DNA of 64,000 nucleotides from Chiloscyllium plagiosum (taxonomy: Eukaryota). Positions 51,116-62,600 of this stretch are shown piece by piece. The stretch covers positions 19,539,562 to 19,603,561 of the forward strand of contig NC_057719.1 of NCBI RefSeq assembly GCF_004010195.1. The letters are read 5' to 3'. The notes under the pieces are model-generated. The model searched no databases and had not been told where the DNA came from. It saw only the letters and a program-made list of their open reading frames with translations. The number at the start of each line of letters is the position of its first letter. The stretch's first letter is position 1. The translations under genes and the position numbers were made by a program.

Positions 51116-51479
51116 ATTTGGTCAGAACTCTGCAGATGCTAAAAATAATGAAGAAAGTCTGAGCTCTCAGGTGCAATCAGCCACAATCTCCTCAGATCAA
51201 CAATGATCTCATTGAATGATAGAATAAAGTTGAAGGACTGAATGGCCTACGTCTGTTCCTATAGAGACAAAAGAACTGCAGGTGCTGAAATTCACAGCTT
51301 GCCATGTCTTATGGTCTTATAGTGTGAGTGTTCCAGGGGAAAGGAAAGCCACAACCCATTGGACAGGAACCAAGAAGAAGTAGTTCCATGAAACCCACAG
51401 ATTGGACAGGGAAAAAAAAATTCTCTAGATTTTTGAATACAAGTAAAGTGATTGGGTTGGGAAATTAGTATTTTTGTTC

Positions 51480-52120
51480 TGTCACGTGTTCAGTTGCTCA
51501 CAATGTGGTCTCCTCTACTTGGGGGAAATGAAGTGCAGACTGGGTGATTGCTTTGTCTGTCTGCAAAAAATACCCGAGCTTTCACTTGCTTGCCACTTCA
51601 GCACACCACTGTGCTCCCTAGCCAACACCTCTGCCTCAGGCTTGCTGCACCAAAGCTCAGCACAAGCTGGAAGAACAGCACCTCATTTTCCATTCTGCAG
51701 CCTCCTGGACTTAATAATGAGATCAATCATTTTAGGGCTTGAACACCTTTTCCCATGCTTCCCTCCACACCCCACACACCAGACCCTCTCATCACATGGG
51801 CTGCTACCACACACTACCCACTGTCAATCAGTAATAGTCCCCATTAGCAACTGTTCATTCCCCCAGACTGACCTTAAATCACCCCATTGTCTGCCAACTG
51901 TTTTTGAGCTCTATCTCCACCTATCATTTACTGTCCCGGCTCCCCCACCTCAACTTTTGTGTAAAAACCATGGTTTTTTTCTCGCTAATATCAGTTCTGA
52001 AGAAGGGTCACTGGACCTGAAACATTAACTGTGATATCTCGCCACAGATTCTGCCAGACCTACTGAGGTTTTCTAGCAATTTCTGCTTTTCTTTCAGATT
52101 TCCAATATCTGCAGTTTTTT
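51480..52120 (+). mobile_element. Penelope-like element 3' fragment (type B)
   Basis: CSQCGLLYLGEMKCRLGDCF GIY-YIG-like segment; the pLTR ends ttccaatatctgcagttttt. Confidence 0.85.
51992..52031 (+). ncRNA. Minimal type I hammerhead ribozyme (type B)
   Basis: CAGUU-CUGAAGA-A-GGGUC-ACUG-GACCU-GAAA-CA-UU^AACUG: perfect 5-bp stem I and a 5-bp stem II. Confidence 0.8.
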
Positions 52121-52959
52121 TTAAATTCTTTTCTGCAGTATTGTGTACTCATATTTCAGTGAAAGACGACCATATTGAATAAAAAGCTTTATAAAAATGA
52201 TTTATCGAGCCAGATCGTATTTTTGGGATCTGACTTGTCCTATAGCATCCAGAACATAAGAATGGCCCAAGCAAAGGTCCATGACTTCAAAATCAATAGA
52301 TGACTTACAGGTTAATGACAGATGGCTAGATATACCAGCTTGAAGAAGAAAGGATAAAACAGGGGCCTTTCGGGACTGCCAGATGTACAATTAGGATTCA
52401 GTTAATGGGGTGGTGGCCAGAGATCGAAGGAGTGATGATACATCTCATATATCATTGTGAAATCTGTGATTACCAGGATTGTAGGAACTCGAAAACCATC
52501 CTGTCATCACATTTGTAAATTTAGACTGCAGAAATCAACAATAATCTTTGGAAGTGGAAACAATGGTTGAGCAATCATGAATAAACTTTCAGGTGTCAAC
52601 ATAGTCTGGTGAACAAACTATAGCACGATTCAAACCGATGATGACACTACACAAGACCGAGAGCAATGTTTCAAATTCTTTCTCTTCTAAGGAAGAATGA
52701 TCGTGGAAGAATGAAGAATGATCAAGGAAGAATGTACCAGTGGCAGAGTGAAGTCAACAGCAATCCTTAACTAGCACATCTGAAGATGTAAATATTGGGG
52801 TTCACCAGTAGGTCAATCTCAGAAGGCAAATGAAATTATTCAACATCATTCACAAACTGATATAAAGAGTTTACATACTTCAGCACAGTTAGATCAGTGG
52901 ATTAAGAATTAATACTTGATTATACAGATTGAGGATGATCTGCAGAAGTCTCCATGGAA

Positions 52960-53295
52960 CAGCATGGAGTGACTCAGTGAACACTGCTGCCTCACAGCAC
53001 CACGGACCCAGGTTCGATTCCAGCCTCAGGCTGTGTGGAGTTTGTACATCCTCCATGTGTCTGCTTGGGTTACCTCCAGCTGCTCTGGTCTCCTCCCACA
53101 GTCCAAAGATGTGCAGGTTAGGTGAATTGGCCATGCTAAATTGCCCATATTGTTCAGAGATGTGTAGGATGGGCGCATTAGTCAGGGGAAAATGTAGGGT
53201 AATAGGGGAATGGGTCTGGGTGGGATACTCTTTGGAGGGTCAGTGTGGACTTGTTGGGCCAAATGACCTGTTTCCATATTATAGGGATTCTATGA
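52960..53295 (+). mobile_element. HE1-like SINE
   Basis: cactgctgcctcacagc, B box ggttcgattcc, HE1 core and tail. Confidence 0.88.
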
Positions 53296-53625
53296 ATACA
53301 GCGTTCCACAGACTGAGGACATGGTCAAGACGAAATTGGTCAAGAAATCCAGGATATGGTTTGAAAAAAAACATGTTTCAATAGAGCAGCTGAGTGCCAT
53401 GATAATAATTCTTGTAATTAAAGATCTCCTAGCTGATGTTATGGGTCAACAATCTGATTCAGCAGGGAAAAAGATCTGTGGAGTGGAAATTCAGTAAATT
53501 AGGGTCTAAGTTTAGGAGGAATATGTCTGGCATAAGGTAAACCTGAGTGATAAAAAGGCCTTCCAAGGTAGACAGACTTTACAGACCATGCAGAGTCAAG
53601 AACAGACTTAAGGTCAACAATTTGT

Positions 53626-53943
53626 GGGCGGCACGATGGCACAGTGGTTAGCACTGCTGCCTCACAGTGCCAGAGACCCGGGTTCAATTCCCGCCTCAGG
53701 CGACTGACTGTATGGAGTTTGCACGTTCTCCCCGTGTCTGCGTGGGTTTCCTCCGGGTGCTCCGGTTTCCTTCCACAGTCCAAAGATGTGCAGGTCAGGT
53801 TAATTGGCTATGCTAAATTGCCCGTAGTGTTAGGTAAGGGGTAAATGTAGGGGTATGGGTGGGTTGCGCTTCGGTGGGTCAGTGTGGACTTGTTGGGCCG
53901 AAGGGCCTGTTTCCACAATGTAATGTAATCTAATCTAATCTAA
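53626..53943 (+). mobile_element. HE1-like SINE, young full-length copy
   Basis: gggcggcacgatggcacagtggttagc head, B box ggttcaattcc and (taatc)n tail. Confidence 0.93.
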
Positions 53944-54719
53944 TTGGCTATCCAAAACCAAGTCCAAAGAAAGCACATTCTAGACAAATTATGAAACCTC
54001 CAGATCACATGAATTTGCAAAGTTAGAGTGATGGAGAAAATGAAGTAATGGAAAATATATGCATGAATAATGCACGTACAAGTGTTAACTAGAAAACCTG
54101 GAGGACAACTTGTTTAATATAATGGGTTTGAAGGGGTGAATGCTCATGACTGTACTAAGCTTCACTCAATCTGATAATATCATTCTGGCTTGAGTGGGGA
54201 GAAGGCAGAGCATGTTAGGACCTGTATCTACAGGATTTGACATGGTTTCCATAGCAGTGTCTAACTTACAAATGAAATTTACACTTAATTGCTGTCATTT
54301 TAAAAAAGTACATCTTACTTAAAATCAGAGCCTTTGTTTTAATCAAGATTCTTTTGTCATTGATTCCCTACAACTAAACCAAGCAGGCAAGGAAAATGGA
54401 CAGTGACAGTATATTACTCTACCCACAAGCTGTTAGTTGATGGTATCACAACATATATAACACCAACTTACTTGAAGTGAAATTCACCGCTCCTAATGAA
54501 TTATCATGGTCTGTTAACACATACATAATTTGTTGATATTGGGTTTGACAGATACAATAAAATTACAAAAGATGAAATCTGATATCTCAATTGCTTCTGT
54601 GGGTGTTGCTAGGGATTCCTATTTTTTCAAGAGATTAAGTTTTATGAGGATCATAACAGCAATCATTTGTAGCATTCATAGTGACAAAACTGAACTGAAA
54701 GTTACTAGCCTGGCTGGCA

Positions 54720-55078
54720 ATGTATTAGGAGAGGTTGGACAAACTTTGATTGTTTTCTCAAGAGCATCGGAAACTGAGGGGGTGATAGAAGTATATAAAG
54801 CGGTGAGAGGTACGGATAAGATGGATGGTCAGAGTCAATTTTTACGAGGGTGGGAATGTCAAATACAAGGGGACATAGGTTTAAATTGAGAGGGGAAAGT
54901 TTAACGGAGATGTGCACGATGGTAGAAGCAAATACAATATCAAAGTTTAAAAGGCATTTAGACAGACTTAAGAACAGGCAGGGAATAACAGGATAGGGAG
55001 CATGTTGCATGGATTCATTTAGAATGCATATGTTCGGCGCAAAATGGTGGACTGAAAGGCTGCATTATTCTATGTTCT
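54720..55078 (+). mobile_element. CR1 LINE 3' fragment
   Basis: IEVYKAVRG.DKMD and a ttctatgttcta tail. Confidence 0.75.
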
Positions 55079-55680
55079 AAAAATAAGGACTTGCATTTAT
55101 ATAGCACCTTTCACATCTTCAAGATACTTTACTTCCTTTGGAAGTGCCATTATCACTGTACTGTGATAGAATAATCCATAAATTATGGTTTATTATATTG
55201 AAACATTGATGCACAGAATTGTGCTGCTGAATAAATGCAATTGTTTTATGCTGTGATGATTATGAGCTATGCTGTACATGTCCTTCAGCAGTGTCTCAAT
55301 AATTACATTTAAACTGTTGAAGAATGCAGCTTTAAGAGCCTGCACTATTTATCACTCGTCTGAGAATGACACCTGAATTTATAATTGAAGATGACTGTGT
55401 TGAACTCTCCAGGGATCATGAATTCTCTTATTCATTGTCAATTAAAGCTGTTATGCATGTAGTTATCAGTCAGAAATAATTAATTTCATCATGCGTGTGA
55501 GTTAAAAAGACAAAGCACCAGCAGTGCGCTGAATCTACAGCTGCTTTTAATGCTAAAGGCAAAACAAGTTTTTCTAAATGACAACTTTAATAGGCCATTG
55601 AAGATCAACAGCACGTTTCTATGTCATGCACCCTTCAATAGATAAGACAATTCAAGCAGTTTATCACTGTTATCACCTAC

Positions 55681-55762
55681 CTGAAACACTTTATTAATTC
55701 TGCGTAATTCCCTTAATTCAGCTGAATCAGGCATAGGGTTTACTAAACATGGACAAAACTTC
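55681..55762 (-). CDS. PLB1: PLB1-like exon (G+KFCPCLVNPMPDSAELRELRRINKVFQ)
   Basis: 82 nt; tgttgcag acceptor, gtaggt donor; phase 2 in, phase 0 out. CPC..SxEL..N..FQ pattern of PLB1 repeats. Confidence 0.92.
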
Positions 55763-57759
55763 CTGCAACAACAATAGAATGACTTGGAGTAGAAATTGCA
55801 ATCAGACATCAATAAATTCGATTATTGAAATTGGAAAAATTACATCTTTCATGTTGGATTACTTGGCAGCCATTGCAACATTTCATCATTGTATTAACAT
55901 TTATACAATATTATAATGGCATTGGTTCATCAATGGGTCCCTCTCTGTGCTGGAAATAATATATAATTCTAAATATTTGATTAGTGATGATTTCTGCTTC
56001 TGACAGATGCCAGCTTCTCCAGGATAGATGAGCTCTCCACTAAATTAAATGACTGCTGTGGTTTAAACTTGAAAACAGATATAGGCTAACTTAAAACTGA
56101 ATAGTGCATGAAAATATGGAAATGTGTACTGGGATTCTGGAAATATAATGTCATTGAAGGAGCAAATGTTTGGGGAGTATGTTAGCTTCCTCAATTTATT
56201 TAATGAAAAGCTGGGAGAAATTATACAACGCCTTCACGTTGGCATTCATTATGTGGTGCCTACAGTAGGGATATAAGTGTTATGTGAAGGGAACTAAGCA
56301 CAAGGAAAACTTTTGTTTTGCATGCAGTACAGGCAGATCAAAATATACAAAGATCATAGGGTGTTTGAATAGAGTGAGGAATACAAAGTTACCCTGCAAA
56401 GAAGGTGCACAAAAAGCAAAATCAACATTAGACTTAAAATCTGAGAGGTCCATTCAGAAGTCTAATAACAGTGGGGAAGAAGCTGTTCTTGAACCTGTTG
56501 GCACATGTGTTTCAGGTTTTCTATCTTCTGCTTGACTGCGATAGGTGGAATTATTTTCCCATTTTATCATACCTGGTTCTTAAGAAATTTACCGGATAAA
56601 CTCTTTCAGTATAGCAATGTATTAGTCTGCATTTCCAAACATTCTATCCTGGAGTCAACTCTTTTTCTGAGCAAAATATTAAGCTAAGGTTGAAGTTTTG
56701 TACAGTGAATTTGCATTTGTTGGACCCCAAATTAAAGTGACCTAACCTATTTCATAAAGGACCATTGATTGGAATGTTTCAATTTCACAGTGGTTTGGTC
56801 AGATCCTTTTGAGAGTATTGAGTTCAATTTTGGGAATCAAATCGAATTTAAGTCAGATAGGTTTACAGTTCAGCCATGAGATAATTCAATGACAGAAGAA
56901 GCTCGAGAAGTTGAATAGCTGACTTTTGATCCTATGTTTGTTTCACAGTTAACAACGGATGACAAAAAAGGCTTTACTTCCAGGTCCCTGAAGTGATATA
57001 ATCTCATTTTAACATTTATTTCAAACACTATTATCAAATACAACCAATAATGTGTCATTGTATTCGTAATGCAGATTGGCATCTTTGCATTAACTTTAAT
57101 GTATAAAGTCAACTATGGATCTGATCATTTTTTGAAGTGTTAAGTCTAATCTGGTTTAAATTTCAGAAGATTTGGACTCCAGGGACTGTTAAATAAGAAC
57201 TTAAAGCAGGAATTTTACTGTGGGCAGATAACATGAATTAACCATAAACAAAAAAAAGCTTAACTTGCAATTTTTTAGAATATTTCATTCTTTTTATTTC
57301 AATATTAAAGGACTTTCATTCCCAAAACAAAGGAAATTAGTGGGTTGATCTGGGATTCTTGGTTCAGCGACAAATGTGGGCAGAATGCAAAATGCACAAA
57401 GAAAACACACAAAATGGTTTATATCCCATGAATGAGACTCAATTAGGACTGGAGTCCTGTCATACAGAAATTGAGCATTAATTCAGTGGACTGAAAGTCA
57501 AATTCAGCCTATAGGAAACTGTAAGAGAATTGCAAGGAAATTATGCACTAACTGTAATCTGATTTCAGAAAACACTTTTGTAGCACATATGTGACCAGTG
57601 ACAAGGTTCCCTAATGATGGATGAAATCAGAAAAGTACCTCCAATTCTACCCTTGAAGCAAGTTAACTTTCTTGAAAGCAATATAAATCCATAAAATATT
57701 AAACTCACAAATAAATTGATTCTGAATGGACGAAATTGGATGAAAGAAAGATATAGTAC

Positions 57760-57851
57760 CTTTGAAGTAAACATCCGAAAGAGCCATCGTTGACTAAACG
57801 GAGACCTTCAATTGGCAGTAACTGTACTAAGTTCACTATTGTCCTAGGCAT
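57760..57851 (-). CDS. PLB1: PLB1-like phospholipase B, internal exon (MPRTIVNLVQLLPIEGLRLVNDGSFGCLLQ+AG)
   Basis: 92 nt; acceptor ag at 57853-57852, donor gtacta. Phase 0 in, phase 2 out; the terminal AG joins the G of the next exon to give Arg. PRxxVNLV is typical of PLB1 GDSL repeats. Absent from the ORF track in this frame. The symbol denotes the family; this may be a paralogue. Confidence 0.9.
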
Positions 57852-58024
57852 CTGTTCAGGAAGGATTATATGTTACTTTTATGCATAACAGAACCTTGAC
57901 TCTGACATTGCAATTTCATAGATCTGAATAAATGTAATATTAAGATCAACAGCATAAAAGCGTAGGGAAAAGTAAATTCTTGGCATTTATTAGTGTAGAT
58001 AAATGTCTGCTGGTGTACGTAAAT

Positions 58025-58225
58025 GGGCAGTTAGCTTGGTTGGTTGGACAGCTGCTTTGCAATGCAGAGTGATGCTAACAGCATGGGTTTAATTCTTACA
58101 CCCTCCAAGGATACTGCGAAGGACTTTCCTTCTCAACCTCTCCCCTTTCCTGACGCATGGTGAGCCTCAGGTTAAACCACCATCAGTTGACTCTCTCTAA
58201 TGAGAGAGCAGGACAATAGTAACCT
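58025..58225 (+). mobile_element. tRNA-derived SINE-like repeat (second family)
   Basis: ttagcttggttgg...gggtttaattc A/B-box-like head; reverse homologues at ~10175-10270 and ~10570-10655. Confidence 0.55.
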
Positions 58226-58660
58226 TTCTATTTTAGATAAATGTATTGTTCAGTTCAGATCTTTCAATTTGGAAGCAGATATGAAAATGTGAAGTGATAA
58301 TGGAATGACTGCATTATTTTAGAAGACTGCCAAATTAAGCAGTTTAATTCTTGTGTATATTTGTTTTTCTTTAGTTGTAAGTAATTTGTGAATTCAATAT
58401 TTTTGGATTTGCATTCCTTCCAAGGATGTTATCTTGCTTTGTGGGGAGAATTAGATTGACATTATGAGGGATAATGTTATGACTTCATGCATCATCAGAT
58501 TGAATTACAATAACAAACAGTCCCTTAGTTTCAGAAGGAAAAATAAAGATGCTATGCTATAATGAAAGAAGAGGTAAATTTAATTGTTATTAATTCAAAA
58601 GCAAAGTCTTTATTGCATATCTGAAATAACAACAGGTAATGCTGGAAGTACTCAACAAGT

Positions 58661-58972
58661 GGGTGGCACGGTGGCACAGTGGTTAGCACTGCTGCCTCAC
58701 AGCGCCTGAGACCCAGGTTCAATTCCCACCCCAGGCGACTGACTGTGTGGAGTTTGCACGTTCTCCCCGTGTCTGTGTGGGTTTCCTCCGGGTGCTCCGG
58801 TTTCCTCCCACAGTCCAAAGATGTGCAGGTCAGGTGAATTGGCCATGCTAAATTGCCCATAGTGTTAGGTAAGGGGTAAATGTAGGGGTATGGGTGGGTT
58901 GCGCTTCGGCGGGTCAGTGTGGACTTGTTGGGCCGAAGGGCCTGTTTCCACATTGTAATGTAATGTAATCTA
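58661..58972 (+). mobile_element. HE1-like SINE, young full-length copy
   Basis: Nearly identical to 53626-53943. Confidence 0.93.
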
Positions 58973-59796
58973 AAAATAAGTCTGGTAGCACATAGGAAGA
59001 AAGATGGCCAGACATCAGTATTTTACAGAATGGTCTCATTATGAATGTCTGGCTGAGATCAAAGAATGACGAATGAGTGTAGCTCTCAGCAGGCAGTGTT
59101 AACACAGCTATTGAAGGTAGTTCTAAATTTGATTGTTTGTTTGACATCTTTATGGCCCTTTAATAAGTTATACTTTACTGGAAGAGTTCTGCAATGCCTC
59201 CATGTTTATTTACATAAAAGGTAGAGGTTGATGGGCATAATAGCATTTTGTCATTGATACTGTGAATCAGTGGCTGGTTGACAGCTTTATGAGAAAGTAA
59301 GAGATATTGTGCGTTTCAACAGGAATATTGAATGGCTGTTGCTATTTAATGCTAATGGGACAAAAAAAAGCTGTTGGAAGTACTCAACACATCAGTGGAG
59401 AGAAACAGAGTTACACAGCCAACATTATATTAAAGGGCAAAACATGCTCAAAGGGCTGAATGGCCTATTCCTGCTCCTACATTCTATGGTGCTACTCTAT
59501 ATTTCTATGTAGCTGAATCCCTCGATTAATTCCTCTCAATATCAGAAGGAGACAGACTTCAGAACACATTACTTGGGCATGAGGAATGCAACTTTTCTCC
59601 CAAAAGGAAGAAGCCAGTTAAGTGTGTTACCCTGATAAGCTGATAAGCTAAAATGCAATTATTTTCACATAAATTGTAACCCTCCCAGATATTATAAGGG
59701 TTCTCCATAAATATCTACCCACCTTTTAGGAAGTAGGAGTTTGATTCATGAGTGTTTGCTACAGAGGATTAGGTGAGGCAATTTAAGTTTGAAGTA

Positions 59797-60645
59797 TATG
59801 GCCAATGGGCTGAGAAGTGGCAGATGGAGTTTAATGTAGATAAATGTGAGGAGCTGCATTTTGGGTTTGCAAATCTTAATAGGATTTATACATTTAATGG
59901 TAAGGTCCTCAGGAGTGTTGCTGAACAAAGAGACTTTGGAGTGCAGGTTTCATAGCTCTTTGAAAGTGGAGTCACGGGCGATAGGATAGTGAAGAAGGCA
60001 TTTGGTATGCTTTCCTTTATTGGTCAGAGTTTTGAGTACAGGAGTTGGGAGGTCATGTTGCAGCTGTACAGGACATTGGTTAGGCCACTGTTGGAATATT
60101 GCGTGCAATTCTGGTCTCCTTCCTATTGGAAGGATGTTGTGAAACTTAAAAGGGTTCAGAAAAGATTTACAAAGATGTTGCCAGGGTTTGCCGATTTGAG
60201 CTATAAGGAGAAGTTGAATAGGTTGGAGCTGTTTTCCCTGGAGCGTCGGAGGCTGAGGAGTGACCTTATGGAGGTTGATAAAATCATGAGGGGCATGGAT
60301 CGGATAAATAGACAAGTCTTTTTTTCCCTGGGATGGAGGAGTCCATAACTAGAGAGCATAGGTTTAGGGTGAGAGGGGAAAGATATAAAAGCAACCTAAA
60401 GGACAACTTTTTCACGCAGAGGATGGTACGTATATGGAATGAACTTCCAGAGGAAGTGATGGAGGCTAGTACAATTGCAATATTTAAAAGGCATCTGGAT
60501 GGGTATATGAATATGAAGAGTTTGGAGGGATATGGGCTGTGTGCTGGCAGGTGAACCTAGATTGGGTTGGGATATCTCGTCGGCATGGACGAGTTGGACC
60601 GAAGGGTCTGTTTCTGTGTTGTACATCTCTATGACTCTCTGACTC
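59797..60645 (+). mobile_element. CR1 LINE 3' fragment
   Basis: WAEKWQMEFNVDKC, LYRTLVRPLLEYCVQFWSP and a ctctatgactct tail. Confidence 0.92.
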
Positions 60646-62600
60646 CATGCAGACAAATTTTCGACAATAAGAAATCATGCAATCTGGTGGTTATGCAAAG
60701 TGTATTAAACCACAAATCTAAAAAAAATCCTGAAAAGAAAAAGTAACTTTTTCTTATTTCTCTGAGGGAATCAAAAATACATAGGTTACTAATTGCAGAT
60801 ATATGAGTTTAAAAGAAATAAATAATGATATCCATAAAATATCACATAAGAATACCTTGATCCTGAGAGAGTGAACCCTTTATGTTGAGAATCAATTTGA
60901 AATAAAGGTGACTAAATCTAATAAATTTCCAAACTATTCATCTTATTTTGAGATATTCATAATTTATTTTTTTGCCACTGTATGTTTGAAAGGTGGGGTA
61001 GGAGATGTCATTTGATCACGAATAGACTATCTGAATCATTATTCCATATTGTGTGGGAAGAACTATCTATTACAATCAGCTAAACTTCAGTGTTATGTTA
61101 TTTTTAAGTTATTATTGATAAAGGTTTGGGGTTCATTATTTCTTTTATCAGACTGTGGTTTTACTTATCAGAGATAGCATTGTAACTTTGGTGTGACAAT
61201 TATCAAAATAATCCCCAATTTTTTATATAAGTGTTTTCAATTCTTATCAGCAATCTTACATGGTTGTGGAGGGAGTTGACAATTTTATGCTTGCAAGCTA
61301 GCTTTGTCACAGTTATTGAAAAAAAAGAGTATTACAGTATGCAAAGAACCCCTTCCAGCCTATTGTATCCAGGCCAGTCATCAAGCACCTATCTACTCTA
61401 TTCCTACTTTACAGTACTTGATCCGTTGCTGTGTCTGCTACAGAACATTAAAAGATCATCTAAATACTTAATTGTTGTAATGGCTCCGGCTTCTATCACC
61501 CTTTTAGCTAGTGAGTTCTAGATATCAATCACTCTCATGGTGAACAGGTTTCTCCTCAAATCTCCTCTGTTGCTCCTTTTTTTCGACATAGTTTGCTGTA
61601 AGGTTATAGTGTAAAACAACTTTTAAACTATATTCCGATATGTTTTGAATCTTGCTGCTTCACGGATGAACAATCTCAAGAAAGGGTTTTGCTATATGGA
61701 AGCAACCCTAAGGATTTAATGTATATTGATCTGATTGGAAGGCAGACTATTTTTGTTGTTAGATTGTCATAGTAACCTGAAGAACAGGGCAGAAGAGGAA
61801 AATATATTATTAACATATGTTTTTTGTTAAAAGGGCAAGTAAAGTTTTCTGTGACTAATTATGTAATAATGCAAAGAATATGGCTTTAATTAAGGTCATC
61901 ATAAACATCTACTGAAAACTGTTGAACAGTGTGTTTCATTGTGCAATTACTAATGAGTAAGTGTACAATAAATTGAGACTGAATTTGCTATAAATCAACT
62001 GTGGCTGTGTCTGATTATGATCTAAACTGATTTATGGGTAATAATGAGCATAAGGGAAAGTGGAGGGATGCTTTCCTGATGGTTTGGTACTTAATCCTCT
62101 ACACAAGAAAGGGATACAGATGCCTTGGATCCTGGAAATCACATAAAAAATAGATGCATGACCTTTTGATCCACAAGGTGGTTTTCTTAAAGATATGGAT
62201 TTCTATCCTGCTGTAGTCCCTTTGGGGGATAGATGACAATCCCTATGGGTGAGTATAACAAGCAGCGAGGGAATTGTCACTGATTGCACAACAATTCACT
62301 GCTAATCTTAAAGTGCTATGGAAAATTAATACAATGTTTGGTGGCTTATATATTTGTACGCAAAGAACAAAGTACAATGAATTCATTAAAATTTATTTTT
62401 CATGTTTGTGTCAAAGGCAAGGCAAGTATGTGTTGCCCATCTCTAATCACTCTTGCATTGAGTGGATTATTGGTAATTTCTGAGGACATTTAAGAGTCAA
62501 CCCCATTTCTGTAGATCTGGCTCACATGTAGGCTATCAGTCAGCAGGTTTCATTTATTAAAGGACATTAGTGAACCAGATAGGTTTTTATACAATCAATG

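Noticed and set aside
53626..53700. tRNA gene suggested by A/B boxes
   Set aside because: It is the tRNA-derived head of a SINE, continuous with the SINE core and tail.
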